A stretch of 64,000 nt of DNA from Bdellovibrionota bacterium (GTDB lineage: Bacteria > Bdellovibrionota_C > UBA2361 > JBIKUX01). Numbering within the stretch: the first letter of the stretch is position 1; every line of letters starts with the position of its first letter. This document shows, one piece after another, positions 30,299 through 40,836 of the stretch. The notes below the pieces were generated by a model, which had not been told where the DNA came from, did not search any database, and saw nothing but the letters and a program-made list of their open reading frames with translations. The position numbers and the translations under genes are program-made. The stretch spans positions 64,001-128,000 of the forward strand of contig JBIKUX010000001.1 in assembly GCA_044347345.1 (NCBI GenBank), written 5' to 3'.

Positions 30299-31477
30299 GT
30301 GCAGGCCAAGCTCCTCAAGTGTACTGTAGTAAGGATGACAAGCTCAATAACTCGTTACAATTCAATTCCAACAACAATAACAAGCCTCATTGTATCAGCA
30401 GTACTTCATCTCCTGATTTTCATCGCACTTTTAGCCACATTGAAGTTCTCTTCGACTACTCCTTTGTCAGAAGCATTAAAGGTTGAATTGGTTGCACCAC
30501 CCCAAATAAAAAAAAGTTTCTCTCCGACCCTGCCCCCTCAAACTATTCCGTTAAACAAAAAACAGATAGTTTCTCCTCACGAAGCCCCTATAGTCACTAC
30601 CCCTCCACCAGATGCTAAACTATTATCAGATCAAAACACCGCTACAAAAAAAGAGGTGATAAAGAGAGGAATGCCAGCAAAACAAGCTTCACTCTCATCT
30701 AAAGTCTCTTCTCAGAGCTTGCCTCAAACCTCCGCTTTACCTTCAAAAAAAGTAGAGTCTCCAAAAACGGTTACTAAACAGGCGAAAAATAATCAAATAG
30801 CGTCACAAACTAGATCAAAACAACAGTCCATAACCGTTAAAAATAATCCTTCAGCACTTACCTTAAAGCTTGATGAGAACACAGCGCTAGCTAAATTTGG
30901 GTTAGAGAAAAGAAATAATGGTTCAGAAGAAAATAGCTCTGCATCTAGGATAGCTCGGTCATCATCAAAACAGAGTGTTCCATCGGCATTTTCACGTCCT
31001 CCAGGTTCTGGTGCCGCCTTCCTTGGTGCGAGTGGAGTTCCTGATTTTTTACCGAATCTGCCGGATGGTGATTTAACTCTCCTTAACACCAAGGCGAATC
31101 AGTTCGCGGTATTTGTACGTAGAGTTGCTCTTCGCGTTTTTCAAAATCTTAGAAGAGGTGGGTGGGAAGCTATGACCGCTAGGGACATCTTACGTATTGC
31201 CGACAAAGTAAATGTTGAAGCTATACTAGAAAAAAACGGGACTTTACGAGAGGTAAATCTTACTGTTTCCTCAGGAAGTGACGCGTTTGATCAGGTAGTT
31301 GTGAGTGCGATTAAGGAAGGAGCACCAGACCCAAATCCACCAGCCGCTGCGACGCTGGACGACGGGACTATTCGTCTCTTCTTTAACTCTCAGAGCTGGG
31401 TTAGACAAGGATATAACCCTCGAACTGGTGCTCCTCGCGAAGAACGATGGATATACTTAGGAACAGGACTCCGTTAG
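30299..31477 (+). CDS. TonB/TolA-family energy transducer
   Basis: N-terminal TM with SAVLH, Pro/Lys/Ser-rich linker, C-terminal SSGSDAFDQ...AI...P.PNPP. Confidence 0.8.
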   Translation: MQAKLLKCTVVRMTSSITRYNSIPTTITSLIVSAVLHLLIFIALLATLKFSSTTPLSEALKVELVAPPQIKKSFSPTLPPQTIPLNKKQIVSPHEAPIVTTPPPDAKLLSDQNTATKKEVIKRGMPAKQASLSSKVSSQSLPQTSALPSKKVESPKTVTKQAKNNQIASQTRSKQQSITVKNNPSALTLKLDENTALAKFGLEKRNNGSEENSSASRIARSSSKQSVPSAFSRPPGSGAAFLGASGVPDFLPNLPDGDLTLLNTKANQFAVFVRRVALRVFQNLRRGGWEAMTARDILRIADKVNVEAILEKNGTLREVNLTVSSGSDAFDQVVVSAIKEGAPDPNPPAAATLDDGTIRLFFNSQSWVRQGYNPRTGAPREERWIYLGTGLR

Positions 31478-31478
31478 A

Positions 31479-32198
31479 TTGATGAAGAAAAAAATAAAAA
31501 AAGGATTCGCCATAGCGTCTCAAAGTGGCGTCAAAGGCACTTTAAAATGGATGCTTAATGGAATTTCTTGGGAGCTAAAAAAAGTTAATCCCACATTTAG
31601 AGCAAGATTAAAAGAGCATCTTTCATTTGATGAAAAGTACGGTGTAGAGACCCTGACGCCAGTGTTTCCAGAATCTCTCGATATTCCGTATACCACCGAA
31701 ACCGAGCCTGGATGGTATGAGGCCGCTGAACCATGGATAGTTCGTGAAATAATCAAAAAAGCTCCAGTTGAACCAGCACAAACAACATTTGTTGATATTG
31801 GTGCTGGTAAAGGACGAGTTATGTGTATTGCTGCCTTACATGGTTTTCAATCAGTAGTAGGTATTGAGCTTTCATCATCACTTGCCGCAATCGCTCGCAG
31901 TAATATCGCAAAACTCTCTTCTAATCTTCCAACTTCTTCAACCCAACTAACAATTACAATCATTGAGGCAAATGCAGCTGAATGTCACTATCCAGATGGA
32001 GATTTACTAGTTACCTTTTTTAATCCGTTTGGACCGTTAGTCCTGCAAAAAGTACTCACTAATCTTCTAATAAGTCATACTCCTCGTAAGGTAGTAGCTG
32101 CTTATATCAATCCTGTTCATCATGAAGTCTTTGAGCAAAGTAGCCGGTGGAGTTTAAGAGAGATTCATTCAAGATATCGATTGTACGAGTCGGTGTGA
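31479..32198 (+). CDS. Class I SAM-dependent methyltransferase
   Basis: FVDIGAGKGR, GIELS, FFNPF, YINP. Confidence 0.85.
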   Translation: MMKKKIKKGFAIASQSGVKGTLKWMLNGISWELKKVNPTFRARLKEHLSFDEKYGVETLTPVFPESLDIPYTTETEPGWYEAAEPWIVREIIKKAPVEPAQTTFVDIGAGKGRVMCIAALHGFQSVVGIELSSSLAAIARSNIAKLSSNLPTSSTQLTITIIEANAAECHYPDGDLLVTFFNPFGPLVLQKVLTNLLISHTPRKVVAAYINPVHHEVFEQSSRWSLREIHSRYRLYESV

Positions 32199-32211
32199 TT
32201 AGTCTTAACAA

Positions 32212-32245
32212 TAGTTAATCTTTGTCGCTAGTTAATCTTTGTCGC
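32212..32245. repeat. Perfect 17 bp tandem duplication
   Basis: tagttaatctttgtcgc x2 between convergent genes. Confidence 0.9.
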
Positions 32246-32324
32246 TAAAAGAATTTACAATTTCACCAGATTTTATCCGATTTTGCTGTTAATTCTTGCT
32301 CCTTTTAATCCATCAAATAACTGA

Positions 32325-33047
32325 CTAATCTTTAACTCTTAAGTTAGTATAAACACTTTGAACATCATCATCTTCTTCTAATGCACTTACTAGCTTTTCA
32401 ACGTCCGCTTCTTCCTGTGAAGACACATCTATGAAATTTAAGGGTAATTGCTCGATACCCGCACTTTGAATATCTATCTTCATCTCTTCTAGGCACCGCT
32501 GAAGCCCTACATACCCCTCAAAAGTACAATAAAGAAGTAAAGAATCATCATCAATCTCAACTAACTCCTCTAAGCCATAATCAATTAGAGTTAGCTCAAA
32601 GTTACTCAACTCTAACGTAGCAGAGCGACTTACTCTGAATACACCTTTTCTTTCAAAGACAAATTTCAGTGCACCAGAGCTTGCGAGAGTTCCTCCCCAG
32701 CGATTAAAAATAGACCGGACATTGGCTACCGTGCGAGTGTTATTATCTGTAGCAGTCTCAACTATCACTGCCACTTTGTGCGGGCCAAAACCTTCATAAG
32801 TTATCTCAAACAATTCTTCAGCACCCTTGCCAGATGCTCGGTCTATAGCTGCCTCAATGCGATCCTTAGGCATATTTAGAGAGCGCGCAGTTTGAATAGC
32901 AAGTCGTAGACGCGGGTTAGAAGCAGGGTCTCCGCCTCCAAGCTTAACTGCGATGGCAATTTCTTTACCCATTTTAGTAAATGCTTTTGCCATTTTTGCC
33001 CATCGGGCAAACATTCTTTCTTTTCTTTTTTCAAAAATTCTTCCCAT
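32325..33047 (-). CDS. yebC: YebC/PmpR family protein
   Basis: MGRIFE start, NPRLR, NMPKDRIEAAI, YEGFGP, TDNNTRT, LEEDDDVQSVYTN. Confidence 0.95.
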   Translation of the reverse strand: MGRIFEKRKERMFARWAKMAKAFTKMGKEIAIAVKLGGGDPASNPRLRLAIQTARSLNMPKDRIEAAIDRASGKGAEELFEITYEGFGPHKVAVIVETATDNNTRTVANVRSIFNRWGGTLASSGALKFVFERKGVFRVSRSATLELSNFELTLIDYGLEELVEIDDDSLLLYCTFEGYVGLQRCLEEMKIDIQSAGIEQLPLNFIDVSSQEEADVEKLVSALEEDDDVQSVYTNLRVKD

Positions 33048-33161
33048 CGAACTAACTCTCGAGTAAAAATTGTGCAAAAGATGGTTATACCGCTTGCACG
33101 CTTTACTTTCTAGGGTATTTATCCAAAACATAAAAATTGAAGTTCTTAATATTCAAAAATA

Positions 33162-36100
33162 CTATGAGTTAGTATTCTGTGCGGATGCCTGATTAGGAGT
33201 TGCCTGATTAGGAGTTGCTGACCCACTAGGGATGTTAGTTTGTGGCGCAGGGATATTCGACGCAGGGGTATTCGACGCAGGGGTATTCGGCGCAGGGGTA
33301 TTACTAGTTGGTGACGGACTAAAACTTGGTGAACTGTTAGAGTAAAAATTCCTAAGCTGATCTGAACTTGCTCCTAAAACATCCCCCAGTGAAGTGCCCG
33401 GCGTTACACCTTGACCAAGGTTAGTTGTGTTGATTCGGCTCATTAAACCTTGGAGTTCAGATGTAATACCGTCTGCTGGGTTCCCGTTTGGTTGAATCGC
33501 TTGATTGTTAGCCCATATACTCTCTAATGACTGCTGACCAACTTCGGAATTAACACCGTTGGCAAGGTTATTAAACCAGTTAAAATACTCACCACGTAAA
33601 GGGTCGCTATATTGAGCTTGCATCTGCATATCTGTACCCAACATACCAAGCATAGCCATTCCCTCCATCGAAGCAGGTTTTTGACCTGCTGACAGCGTAC
33701 CCGCTTGAACCTCTTGGGCCGCTAAAGCACCTGATGCCTGATGCGCAAAGTTATTTAAAGCTGACCACCGCTCTTCACTTGCTCGCTGCTCGGCTGCTTG
33801 GTTTTGGCGGCCAGCGGCTTGGTTATATCCTGCCGCTTGCCCTCCAGCGGAGAACGCTTTATTGACTTGCCCTGCTTGCTGAGCCTCTAGCTGTGCTTGC
33901 CTTTGGCGATTTGTCGTTTCAATACCATACGTACCAAGAGCAGATGCTCCTTGCAGAAGCTGAGAAGCTGCACTGGTAACTCCTAAAACTGAGCTTATCC
34001 CAGTATTGAGTGCTGCACCCGCCGCACTACCAAGAGGTTTGTTAATAGCTCCGGCAATGGCACCTGCTGTTGAACTTAGTGCTCCCCCAAGGCTATTTGT
34101 ACCCAAACCTAAATTTGCAGCTCCTACAAGAGCTGAAGTAGCTTGTGTAGCGGTTGATAGTCCAGATGTTCTTTGTTGAGCAGCAAGAGAATATTGTCTG
34201 GCTTGTTGGCCATACCCCTTTTCAAGAGCATTAGCGGCTGATTGCTCTTGTTGACCGCGCAGTCCTAAGTTACCGTAAGCAAGTGCATGAAATCCAAATT
34301 CATTTGGATCATTGCGCATTGCCTTACTATAAGCCATTTGCCCAACTGTGGCCTGATTTGAGCTAGCTCTAGCAGTTAGATCTCCAGTGTAACCTCTCCC
34401 AGCGGCGCGACCAGTTTCTTGCGCATAAGACTGAATCGATTGAGTAGCAAGAGATGCAGCTCCTGCCTTCGCCCCAAGAACTATTTGCCCTGTAACTGCC
34501 GGTACGGCAAAATACAAAGCCGCCATAAGATAGATATAATACGAATTCGTTAAATCTAAATCCATTGCGGCTCCAAGCACCATGGATTTATCTAAAATCC
34601 GCATTGTATCAAACCAGGAAATAAGATTTGAACCATTAGCTCCTAAGCTAGGAAGCGATACAGGCCCTGTTATTCCTGTTCCAAGAAGCCCTCCTCCTGC
34701 CGCTACCATCACCTTAGGTACCGCTCCTGGAGCGCAAATACCGTATGGCGGATTGACTCCAAAGGCTAGCAGTTGCGACGGACATGTTACTTGCACCATC
34801 CCATGCTGTTGCATTGACCATACTTTTGAGAACAATTTTACTGAGTCTGAGTTATTTCCAAGCATTGCCCAAATGCTTCGCTCAAGGGTAATGCATAACG
34901 CAAAACCTACATCCCATAATTTTACCCAAGCCCAAAATGACATCCATGTAAATAAAATTTTATGCCATCCAGGAATTAGAATAAACAAACATACAAACGG
35001 GTAAGCGATAGACAGAAGATACATAAGTACACCTTGTACATAAGGCATCATCATGGCCCAACTGTACACCTCGGTAAAACGGGACTGAGAACCTACAGTT
35101 GACTGATATATTTCACCATAGGCTACAGAGGAAGCACCACTACTCATTCGTACATCGTATGGTTTAGGTGCTATTGAGAATTCGTTACGAAACAAATGTA
35201 CTAAAATTAAATCGGTTAAAAATGCTGCTTGACCTTCTGGTGTTAAGCCACGCACAAGAGTAGCTGGATTAAGAGCACTTAAAATAGATTGCCATCCTCC
35301 TCCAAGAATTGCTCCTATTCCTCCGGAAAGTAGATTTTCTAACTCAAGAGCATGACGAGGCCACCCATAAAACAGAGTGTACATCATAGTAATTGGACTC
35401 ACCCCAGCGGGAAGACCACTGATCATCTGATAATAAATGTGTCCAGCTTCCCAACGAAATGCATGCACCAGAAGATAAAGATACTGATCACATCTAACAG
35501 TCTCGTAGATATTCTGCCTCTTAAAATCTTCTGTTTCAATGAAAGGAAACCCTCGTCTAAAACCTCCCACTGAATCCTTACTCAAAAAATCTCTCATCGA
35601 CTTGGGAGTAGGTACAGCTAAACTAGCTAAATATTTCGTGATCAGAACATACTGCCCGCCGTTACCTGTAATAGGAATTCCTAAAATATTAGCACTAGCT
35701 TCTTCCAAAAATACAGTATCAGGTACATTTGCTCCGGTAGAGTTATTAGCAGCTACAAACTTACCCTCATCAATACCTTTCCTAAAGGCATCACCGCATT
35801 CGCTTGATAAAAAACTAGTAAAAGCATCTCTTAAATCTGCACTTGATACCTTAGCTCCAGTTATATCTTGCAGGTATTTCCACTTTAAATTAGATAAAAG
35901 CCAATGCATGTCATCTGAAGGCTCACCGCTACCCGTGACGTTACCAAGTAGATCAGTAAGAGTGAATCCTCCATTATTAACAAATTGAGGGAGGTTACTC
36001 AGTAAAGATGAAAATATACTAGATTCTGCTCCGGGCAAGTTAAATACGCCGGTCCACCGCATCATCCATTCAACAAAATCAGACAGAAGTGTATCGTACC

Positions 36101-36680
36101 ATACAAACAGATTTGATACACGAACTTTACCAATACTACGATTAAACTGTAAATCTAATCCTAAATCTCCGAGAGTATCATAAAAATCGTAAGACCCACT
36201 TTGCACAATATTAAGGGCTGCTAAACCAGGTTCCGCATTTTTCCAAACTTCTTTCTGAGCTGCTTTTTGTCGCTGAACATTATCCTCGACTTTTGGCCCT
36301 ACATTCCACCGCACACCTGCTATGGGAATAGTATCTTGTACTAACCAATGATAAATACCTGGGCCAATTAAAAACCAAAGGTACAACTTTGGAGGGAAAC
36401 CCATAGCCATCCCAATTATTCCTGAGATAACAGCTATAGTATAAATTAGTATAGCCCAAGTTCCTAACCCACCTTGAGTAATATAAGAAAGAATATCAGC
36501 CTGAACCCAGTATCCTTGAGTGGCAAGCGCGGCAGTTTGAAGATGAAAAACTGAAGCTGGACAAGAACTGGGACCTCCTGGAGTAGAAGGTATGCAGTTT
36601 GAAGAGTCTGCAATAGATTGCACATCTACTATAAAGGAAAGTAAAGTTGCAAAAAACGTAACAAATGCGTCCGCTATCAC
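33162..36680 (-). CDS. TraG-like (F-type mating-pair stabilisation, VirB6-like) polytopic membrane protein
   Basis: 1172 aa: N-terminal TMs, large loop, TM cluster MPYVQGVLMYLLSIAYPFV...WAWVKLWDVGFA resembling TraG_N, then a long A/G/Q/S-rich tail. Last gene of the cluster. Confidence 0.7.
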   Translation of the reverse strand: MIADAFVTFFATLLSFIVDVQSIADSSNCIPSTPGGPSSCPASVFHLQTAALATQGYWVQADILSYITQGGLGTWAILIYTIAVISGIIGMAMGFPPKLYLWFLIGPGIYHWLVQDTIPIAGVRWNVGPKVEDNVQRQKAAQKEVWKNAEPGLAALNIVQSGSYDFYDTLGDLGLDLQFNRSIGKVRVSNLFVWYDTLLSDFVEWMMRWTGVFNLPGAESSIFSSLLSNLPQFVNNGGFTLTDLLGNVTGSGEPSDDMHWLLSNLKWKYLQDITGAKVSSADLRDAFTSFLSSECGDAFRKGIDEGKFVAANNSTGANVPDTVFLEEASANILGIPITGNGGQYVLITKYLASLAVPTPKSMRDFLSKDSVGGFRRGFPFIETEDFKRQNIYETVRCDQYLYLLVHAFRWEAGHIYYQMISGLPAGVSPITMMYTLFYGWPRHALELENLLSGGIGAILGGGWQSILSALNPATLVRGLTPEGQAAFLTDLILVHLFRNEFSIAPKPYDVRMSSGASSVAYGEIYQSTVGSQSRFTEVYSWAMMMPYVQGVLMYLLSIAYPFVCLFILIPGWHKILFTWMSFWAWVKLWDVGFALCITLERSIWAMLGNNSDSVKLFSKVWSMQQHGMVQVTCPSQLLAFGVNPPYGICAPGAVPKVMVAAGGGLLGTGITGPVSLPSLGANGSNLISWFDTMRILDKSMVLGAAMDLDLTNSYYIYLMAALYFAVPAVTGQIVLGAKAGAASLATQSIQSYAQETGRAAGRGYTGDLTARASSNQATVGQMAYSKAMRNDPNEFGFHALAYGNLGLRGQQEQSAANALEKGYGQQARQYSLAAQQRTSGLSTATQATSALVGAANLGLGTNSLGGALSSTAGAIAGAINKPLGSAAGAALNTGISSVLGVTSAASQLLQGASALGTYGIETTNRQRQAQLEAQQAGQVNKAFSAGGQAAGYNQAAGRQNQAAEQRASEERWSALNNFAHQASGALAAQEVQAGTLSAGQKPASMEGMAMLGMLGTDMQMQAQYSDPLRGEYFNWFNNLANGVNSEVGQQSLESIWANNQAIQPNGNPADGITSELQGLMSRINTTNLGQGVTPGTSLGDVLGASSDQLRNFYSNSSPSFSPSPTSNTPAPNTPASNTPASNIPAPQTNIPSGSATPNQATPNQASAQNTNS
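33186..33302. repeat. Two 15 bp in-frame tandem repeats at the TraG-like C-terminus
   Basis: tgcctgattaggagt x2 (ATPNQ) and cgcaggggtattcga x~4 (NTPAS/NTPAP). Confidence 0.9.
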
Positions 36681-36836
36681 AACAATAATACCTCACGATA
36701 CTAGAAAACCAAGATGAGCAACTTGAAAATGATTTGACTACAAATAATTTCAAGATCAGTTAATCTATATCTTCTAGTTCGACTAACAATCGGTATAGCT
36801 TGAATCAGAATTAAATTATCTAATAGAAATTAAATT

Positions 36837-38642
36837 CTAATTTCCATTTCTACCAAATGAAAGTTGGGTACCACTACGACCCTTTTCAGCCTCACATTCT
36901 TCCAAAATTTTAGTAACTAAAGGCTTGATCTTATCTAACTCTGTAAATATTTGTTGGTCAGTAGATAAGCCTATTCGGTGCGCAAATAGCTTTTCTACGT
37001 CAGGAATAAGTGCTTCAAGGCCTGAAATTTGCTTCATAAAACCCAGAGTATCGAGCTTTAATCCATAAGAATTATTTAGTGCTACACCTTGTGCAAACTT
37101 GATAAGGCTATTGACTCTAAGTGAGGCGGATAAATCACCATTTTGACTCACAGTATCCCAATTAAGTGGACCATCTGGTGCAAATAAACCACACATCATC
37201 GATGAGCCTGAGCCTCCGCCATTACTAGAATTCCCGCCATTTCCGTTAGGTACCCCTCCTGAAGACCATCCATCGTCAGTATTACTATTGGAACTTTTAC
37301 CGAAATTTATACTAATTGATTCTCCTGCTGTTGGCTTACGAGAAGCCCCCCAAGGAGGGCGTGCGGCTCCTGTCGATGAGGAAGAGCCCTGACTCCAATT
37401 ATTACTTAATGGTGGCAAGAAATTTGCGAGTGAATTACTTCTTCCTGTATCACCACCACTTGATGAGGAGGTAGTGCGAGCAGCAGTATCATCTGAAAAT
37501 CTGGTATAAACACACTCAGCTATATCAAGAAAACCTCCAACCCCTTGAATTTGAAGTCGCCTTAGCCTTTTAATGTTTTCAGGAGAGCCGTACGCTCCCA
37601 TTTTAAGTCGAGCTGCTACAAGTAAAGAATCATCGTTACCCGCTGTAGCTGAAGAGATGCATCTTGCACTATTTTGATCAAACACCCCATGGGTCTTTAC
37701 ATTTACAGGTTCGTTTTCGCAAGCACATCTAGAATAAAGAATTGCCAGCATGTCTTCATAAGCCACCTTTGCTAAAAGGCGACGAAGTGCCTTAGGGTTA
37801 TTATCGTCAACTGCAAGTAGGGGTGCTACTAGAAATAATTTATATTTATTATCTTCGGTAGCAGAGGGAATTTCTTCTTTACACATATCGCCAACAAAAT
37901 TAAGCATTCTGTCAAGCTTTTCCTCAACTTGCGCACGCGCAATATCTATTTCATCAGGTCCTATACCACTCTCGTTCTGCCTAACATTTATCCACGCTCT
38001 AACCATATTTGAGGTACATATCGCTCCTGGTGGTGCACTTTCCCCACTTGGCAATCTGGTAATATCTATTGTTTCACCCCCTCCCTGCGGTTGACTTGGG
38101 TCATTTACTGTTTCATTAGGATTTGTAACGCAAGAATTTTGGATCTCACTAATACTGATATTAGGGTCTCTTCGTCGACCTTCTTGAATACAAGTGTCAA
38201 TTGCTTGCTGATAAAACCTAGCTTGCTCTGGGCCTTGAGTCCTCTCTATGTAAGCAATTAAATCACCTATCTGAACTTTAAATGAGTTTTGCTGATTAAC
38301 AAAATTCGCTATCGTACTTTGTTCAGCATTAGAAATAGCCGGCGCTACTAAACTTTTAGTTAGTGCAGTATCTACTAACGACTGATTAAGAGGATTTCGT
38401 GCATAAGGCAGATTACCTCCCAATGAAGAAAACTCACAGTTACCAGATGCCTCATCACATTGAAAGTTAGATCCATCATTAGTAGTTGGTAAGGTGTCAG
38501 CTGGATTAGTAGTAGAATCCTCTGCTACCGCAAAATTATTAACAATTACTAGTAGGTAAAAACTTACCAAGCAAAGCTTTAACAGATATTTTCTTGGTGA
38601 ATGGATAACGTTAAACGGAAGTTTTTTTGGCATGTTCTTCAT
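36837..38642 (-). CDS. Exported Cys-containing protein, TraH-like by position
   Basis: Signal peptide, about 10 Cys, helical character, G/S-rich insert; lies between traF-like and traG-like genes. Confidence 0.4.
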   Translation of the reverse strand: MKNMPKKLPFNVIHSPRKYLLKLCLVSFYLLVIVNNFAVAEDSTTNPADTLPTTNDGSNFQCDEASGNCEFSSLGGNLPYARNPLNQSLVDTALTKSLVAPAISNAEQSTIANFVNQQNSFKVQIGDLIAYIERTQGPEQARFYQQAIDTCIQEGRRRDPNISISEIQNSCVTNPNETVNDPSQPQGGGETIDITRLPSGESAPPGAICTSNMVRAWINVRQNESGIGPDEIDIARAQVEEKLDRMLNFVGDMCKEEIPSATEDNKYKLFLVAPLLAVDDNNPKALRRLLAKVAYEDMLAILYSRCACENEPVNVKTHGVFDQNSARCISSATAGNDDSLLVAARLKMGAYGSPENIKRLRRLQIQGVGGFLDIAECVYTRFSDDTAARTTSSSSGGDTGRSNSLANFLPPLSNNWSQGSSSSTGAARPPWGASRKPTAGESISINFGKSSNSNTDDGWSSGGVPNGNGGNSSNGGGSGSSMMCGLFAPDGPLNWDTVSQNGDLSASLRVNSLIKFAQGVALNNSYGLKLDTLGFMKQISGLEALIPDVEKLFAHRIGLSTDQQIFTELDKIKPLVTKILEECEAEKGRSGTQLSFGRNGN

Positions 38643-38655
38643 TTAGAATATGACT

Positions 38656-39948
38656 TTATTTTGATTGAGACCTTTGCATCACATTTATAATTTCATCTAG
38701 AAAAAACCATTCACGATGCCCAACCTCTGTCCATACTGTTTCACTATTTGGAGAGAAAAATACAAAAGTAGGAGCACTTCGAACGCCAATACCTTTCGCT
38801 ACCTTTGTGCCTACTCGCAACGGCAATTTTATTTCTAACACCCTAGCAAAACGCTGAAAATCACCAGATGCTACGGAATCAAGCGACAAACCGACCGTTA
38901 CAACTCTTGAATCGTCTTTACGCTTTTGCGCTAAGATATGCATAGCCTTGAGGGCTTTATGCGATTTAGGATCTTTCATTCGAAAAAAGAGAAATAACGA
39001 CACTTTACCGTCTTTCGCAGACGGTAGCTTATGTAAGTACTCTCTCTGTATAAGATTTCTAATCGAGGCTTCATCAACAGCCTGATCTTTGCCAAGTCTT
39101 ACATTACCAAATTTTTTTGTTTCTAGGTCGTCATCACTTTTTAAATATTTCTCTGTACTAAAATTAAGACGTTTATCCTCTTCAGCCTCTGCAGCAGCAA
39201 GAATATCTCTTACATGACCCGCTAATTTTGTTCCGTAAGCTACTTCTAGATTATTAGTGATATTTTTGGCTGCTCGCTCTTGTTCGAGCAATTTTCTTAC
39301 TCCATCATATTCAGGATCTTCTTCATTTAATTTTGATTCAGGGCTAATACCTTCTGCGACTTTTGCAACTTCTTGTAATTTTGTAGCAAATGCTACTCTA
39401 TTTTGTACATCCTGTAAATAACGCACAAATTGTCTGGCGTACTTAATAGCTAAATCATCTCTTCCTTCTTGCATAGCAATCATCATCGCCTTAAATGGCT
39501 TAGGTGCTTTTTCATCAGCTAAAACCGGTGCATCTTCTTCCGGCTTGCCGGAAAGTTCTATGAGTCTTTCTTCTAATGTCTGCTCTTTTATGTCATTCTT
39601 CCCATCTGTTTCTTTCTCGGTAAAACCTTCTTCTTCAGTCTCATCAGATATAGGAATATCAGGATTTTCAGGAGGAAGAATGTGCACTACAGGCTTGTCA
39701 GTTAGCGAAGTTGCTGTAGCTGAAAACGGTGATTCAGCAGATCCGTGCAAAAAGAAATCCTTAGAGGCTCCACCGTTACCCTTACCACGAAGACTTTGCT
39801 CAAATGATGATAAATTATTTATTTTTGAATCAGCAGCACAGAAGTGCATAGCAAATAAACTACTCACAACAGTCATAATGAGTACCAATGCTAGAGTTAC
39901 GCCTTTTTGGCGCCTTATAGTAAATGACTTAAGTTTCACTCCTTTCAT
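38656..39948 (-). CDS. TraF-like exported protein with C-terminal thioredoxin fold, no CxxC
   Basis: LFLFFRMKDPKS, VGLSLDS, AKGIGVRSAPTFVFFSP parallel TraF motifs; upstream A..YARQFV helix. Confidence 0.6.
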   Translation of the reverse strand: MKGVKLKSFTIRRQKGVTLALVLIMTVVSSLFAMHFCAADSKINNLSSFEQSLRGKGNGGASKDFFLHGSAESPFSATATSLTDKPVVHILPPENPDIPISDETEEEGFTEKETDGKNDIKEQTLEERLIELSGKPEEDAPVLADEKAPKPFKAMMIAMQEGRDDLAIKYARQFVRYLQDVQNRVAFATKLQEVAKVAEGISPESKLNEEDPEYDGVRKLLEQERAAKNITNNLEVAYGTKLAGHVRDILAAAEAEEDKRLNFSTEKYLKSDDDLETKKFGNVRLGKDQAVDEASIRNLIQREYLHKLPSAKDGKVSLFLFFRMKDPKSHKALKAMHILAQKRKDDSRVVTVGLSLDSVASGDFQRFARVLEIKLPLRVGTKVAKGIGVRSAPTFVFFSPNSETVWTEVGHREWFFLDEIINVMQRSQSK

Positions 39949-40185
39949 CCAAAAAAATAATCTAATTAATAAAACCTAAAAGCCAGTACGAATTAATTTC
40001 CCTTACTCTCATCTAATCTAATTCAATCTATTCGAATTTTGCGCCTTCTCTAAACTCTCTAATGGTTAACTATTTAAAATAGTTATCATAAGCTACTTGG
40101 TAATCGTTTACATTAAGGGTCGGAAAGAGACCCCCTTAACTTTACGCTAGTCATGCCAGATTAGTATTTTTCTAAAATAATTTAG

Positions 40186-40836
40186 TTATTTAGGCCTATC
40201 TGTACCTGCTAATTTATCCGGAATTATAAATTTCCCATCTGCTGTAAAAAATAGTTCGGGATTTGAAACTCCCTCTAAAATATAAGTTCCACCCTTTATC
40301 GTTACAATCCAGCTAGGGACTTTTTCAACAGGAATTTTGTCAGGTAAGCGAGATACTAATTTAACACGATTCACAATTTCAAATAGAGCCTGGCGTCTAT
40401 CTATAGGGTCGGTTTTCTCAATAATAGATTGGAAAAAAGGCATTACTTCTTCAGGCCTACCAAAAAGATAGAAAGGCTCAACGTAACTCTTTGTTTTTAA
40501 AATAATATCAGCAAAAAAGTTGATATTAGCCTGTAAGGACTGAACATCTAAGCCACTTAACACGGCTCCAAAACCAATTACTTCATAAGCCTGCTTGATA
40601 TCTTTAGAATTTAGAACTGTAGATGTAACAACTATTTCACTTTTGTTACTATTTTCTTCTAAGGGAGCCTCAAGCTCAGTAAAATTAGTACTCTTGCTGG
40701 AAGAGGGTTGAGATGCAAAATTCTTTTTAAAAAATGAGTCTGGCCTTTCTTGTGCTTTTACTTTTTGATTAATAAAAGACCACACTATTATTAGTATTAA
40801 GCGTATAAAATACGGCGTACTTTTTCCTCTATTCAC
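40186..40836 (-). CDS. TrbC(F-type)-like exported protein
   Basis: Signal peptide, ~216 aa, PVEKVPSWIV...G motif like TrbC I..VP..V; directly after the traU-like gene. Confidence 0.45.
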   Translation of the reverse strand: MNRGKSTPYFIRLILIIVWSFINQKVKAQERPDSFFKKNFASQPSSSKSTNFTELEAPLEENSNKSEIVVTSTVLNSKDIKQAYEVIGFGAVLSGLDVQSLQANINFFADIILKTKSYVEPFYLFGRPEEVMPFFQSIIEKTDPIDRRQALFEIVNRVKLVSRLPDKIPVEKVPSWIVTIKGGTYILEGVSNPELFFTADGKFIIPDKLAGTDRPK

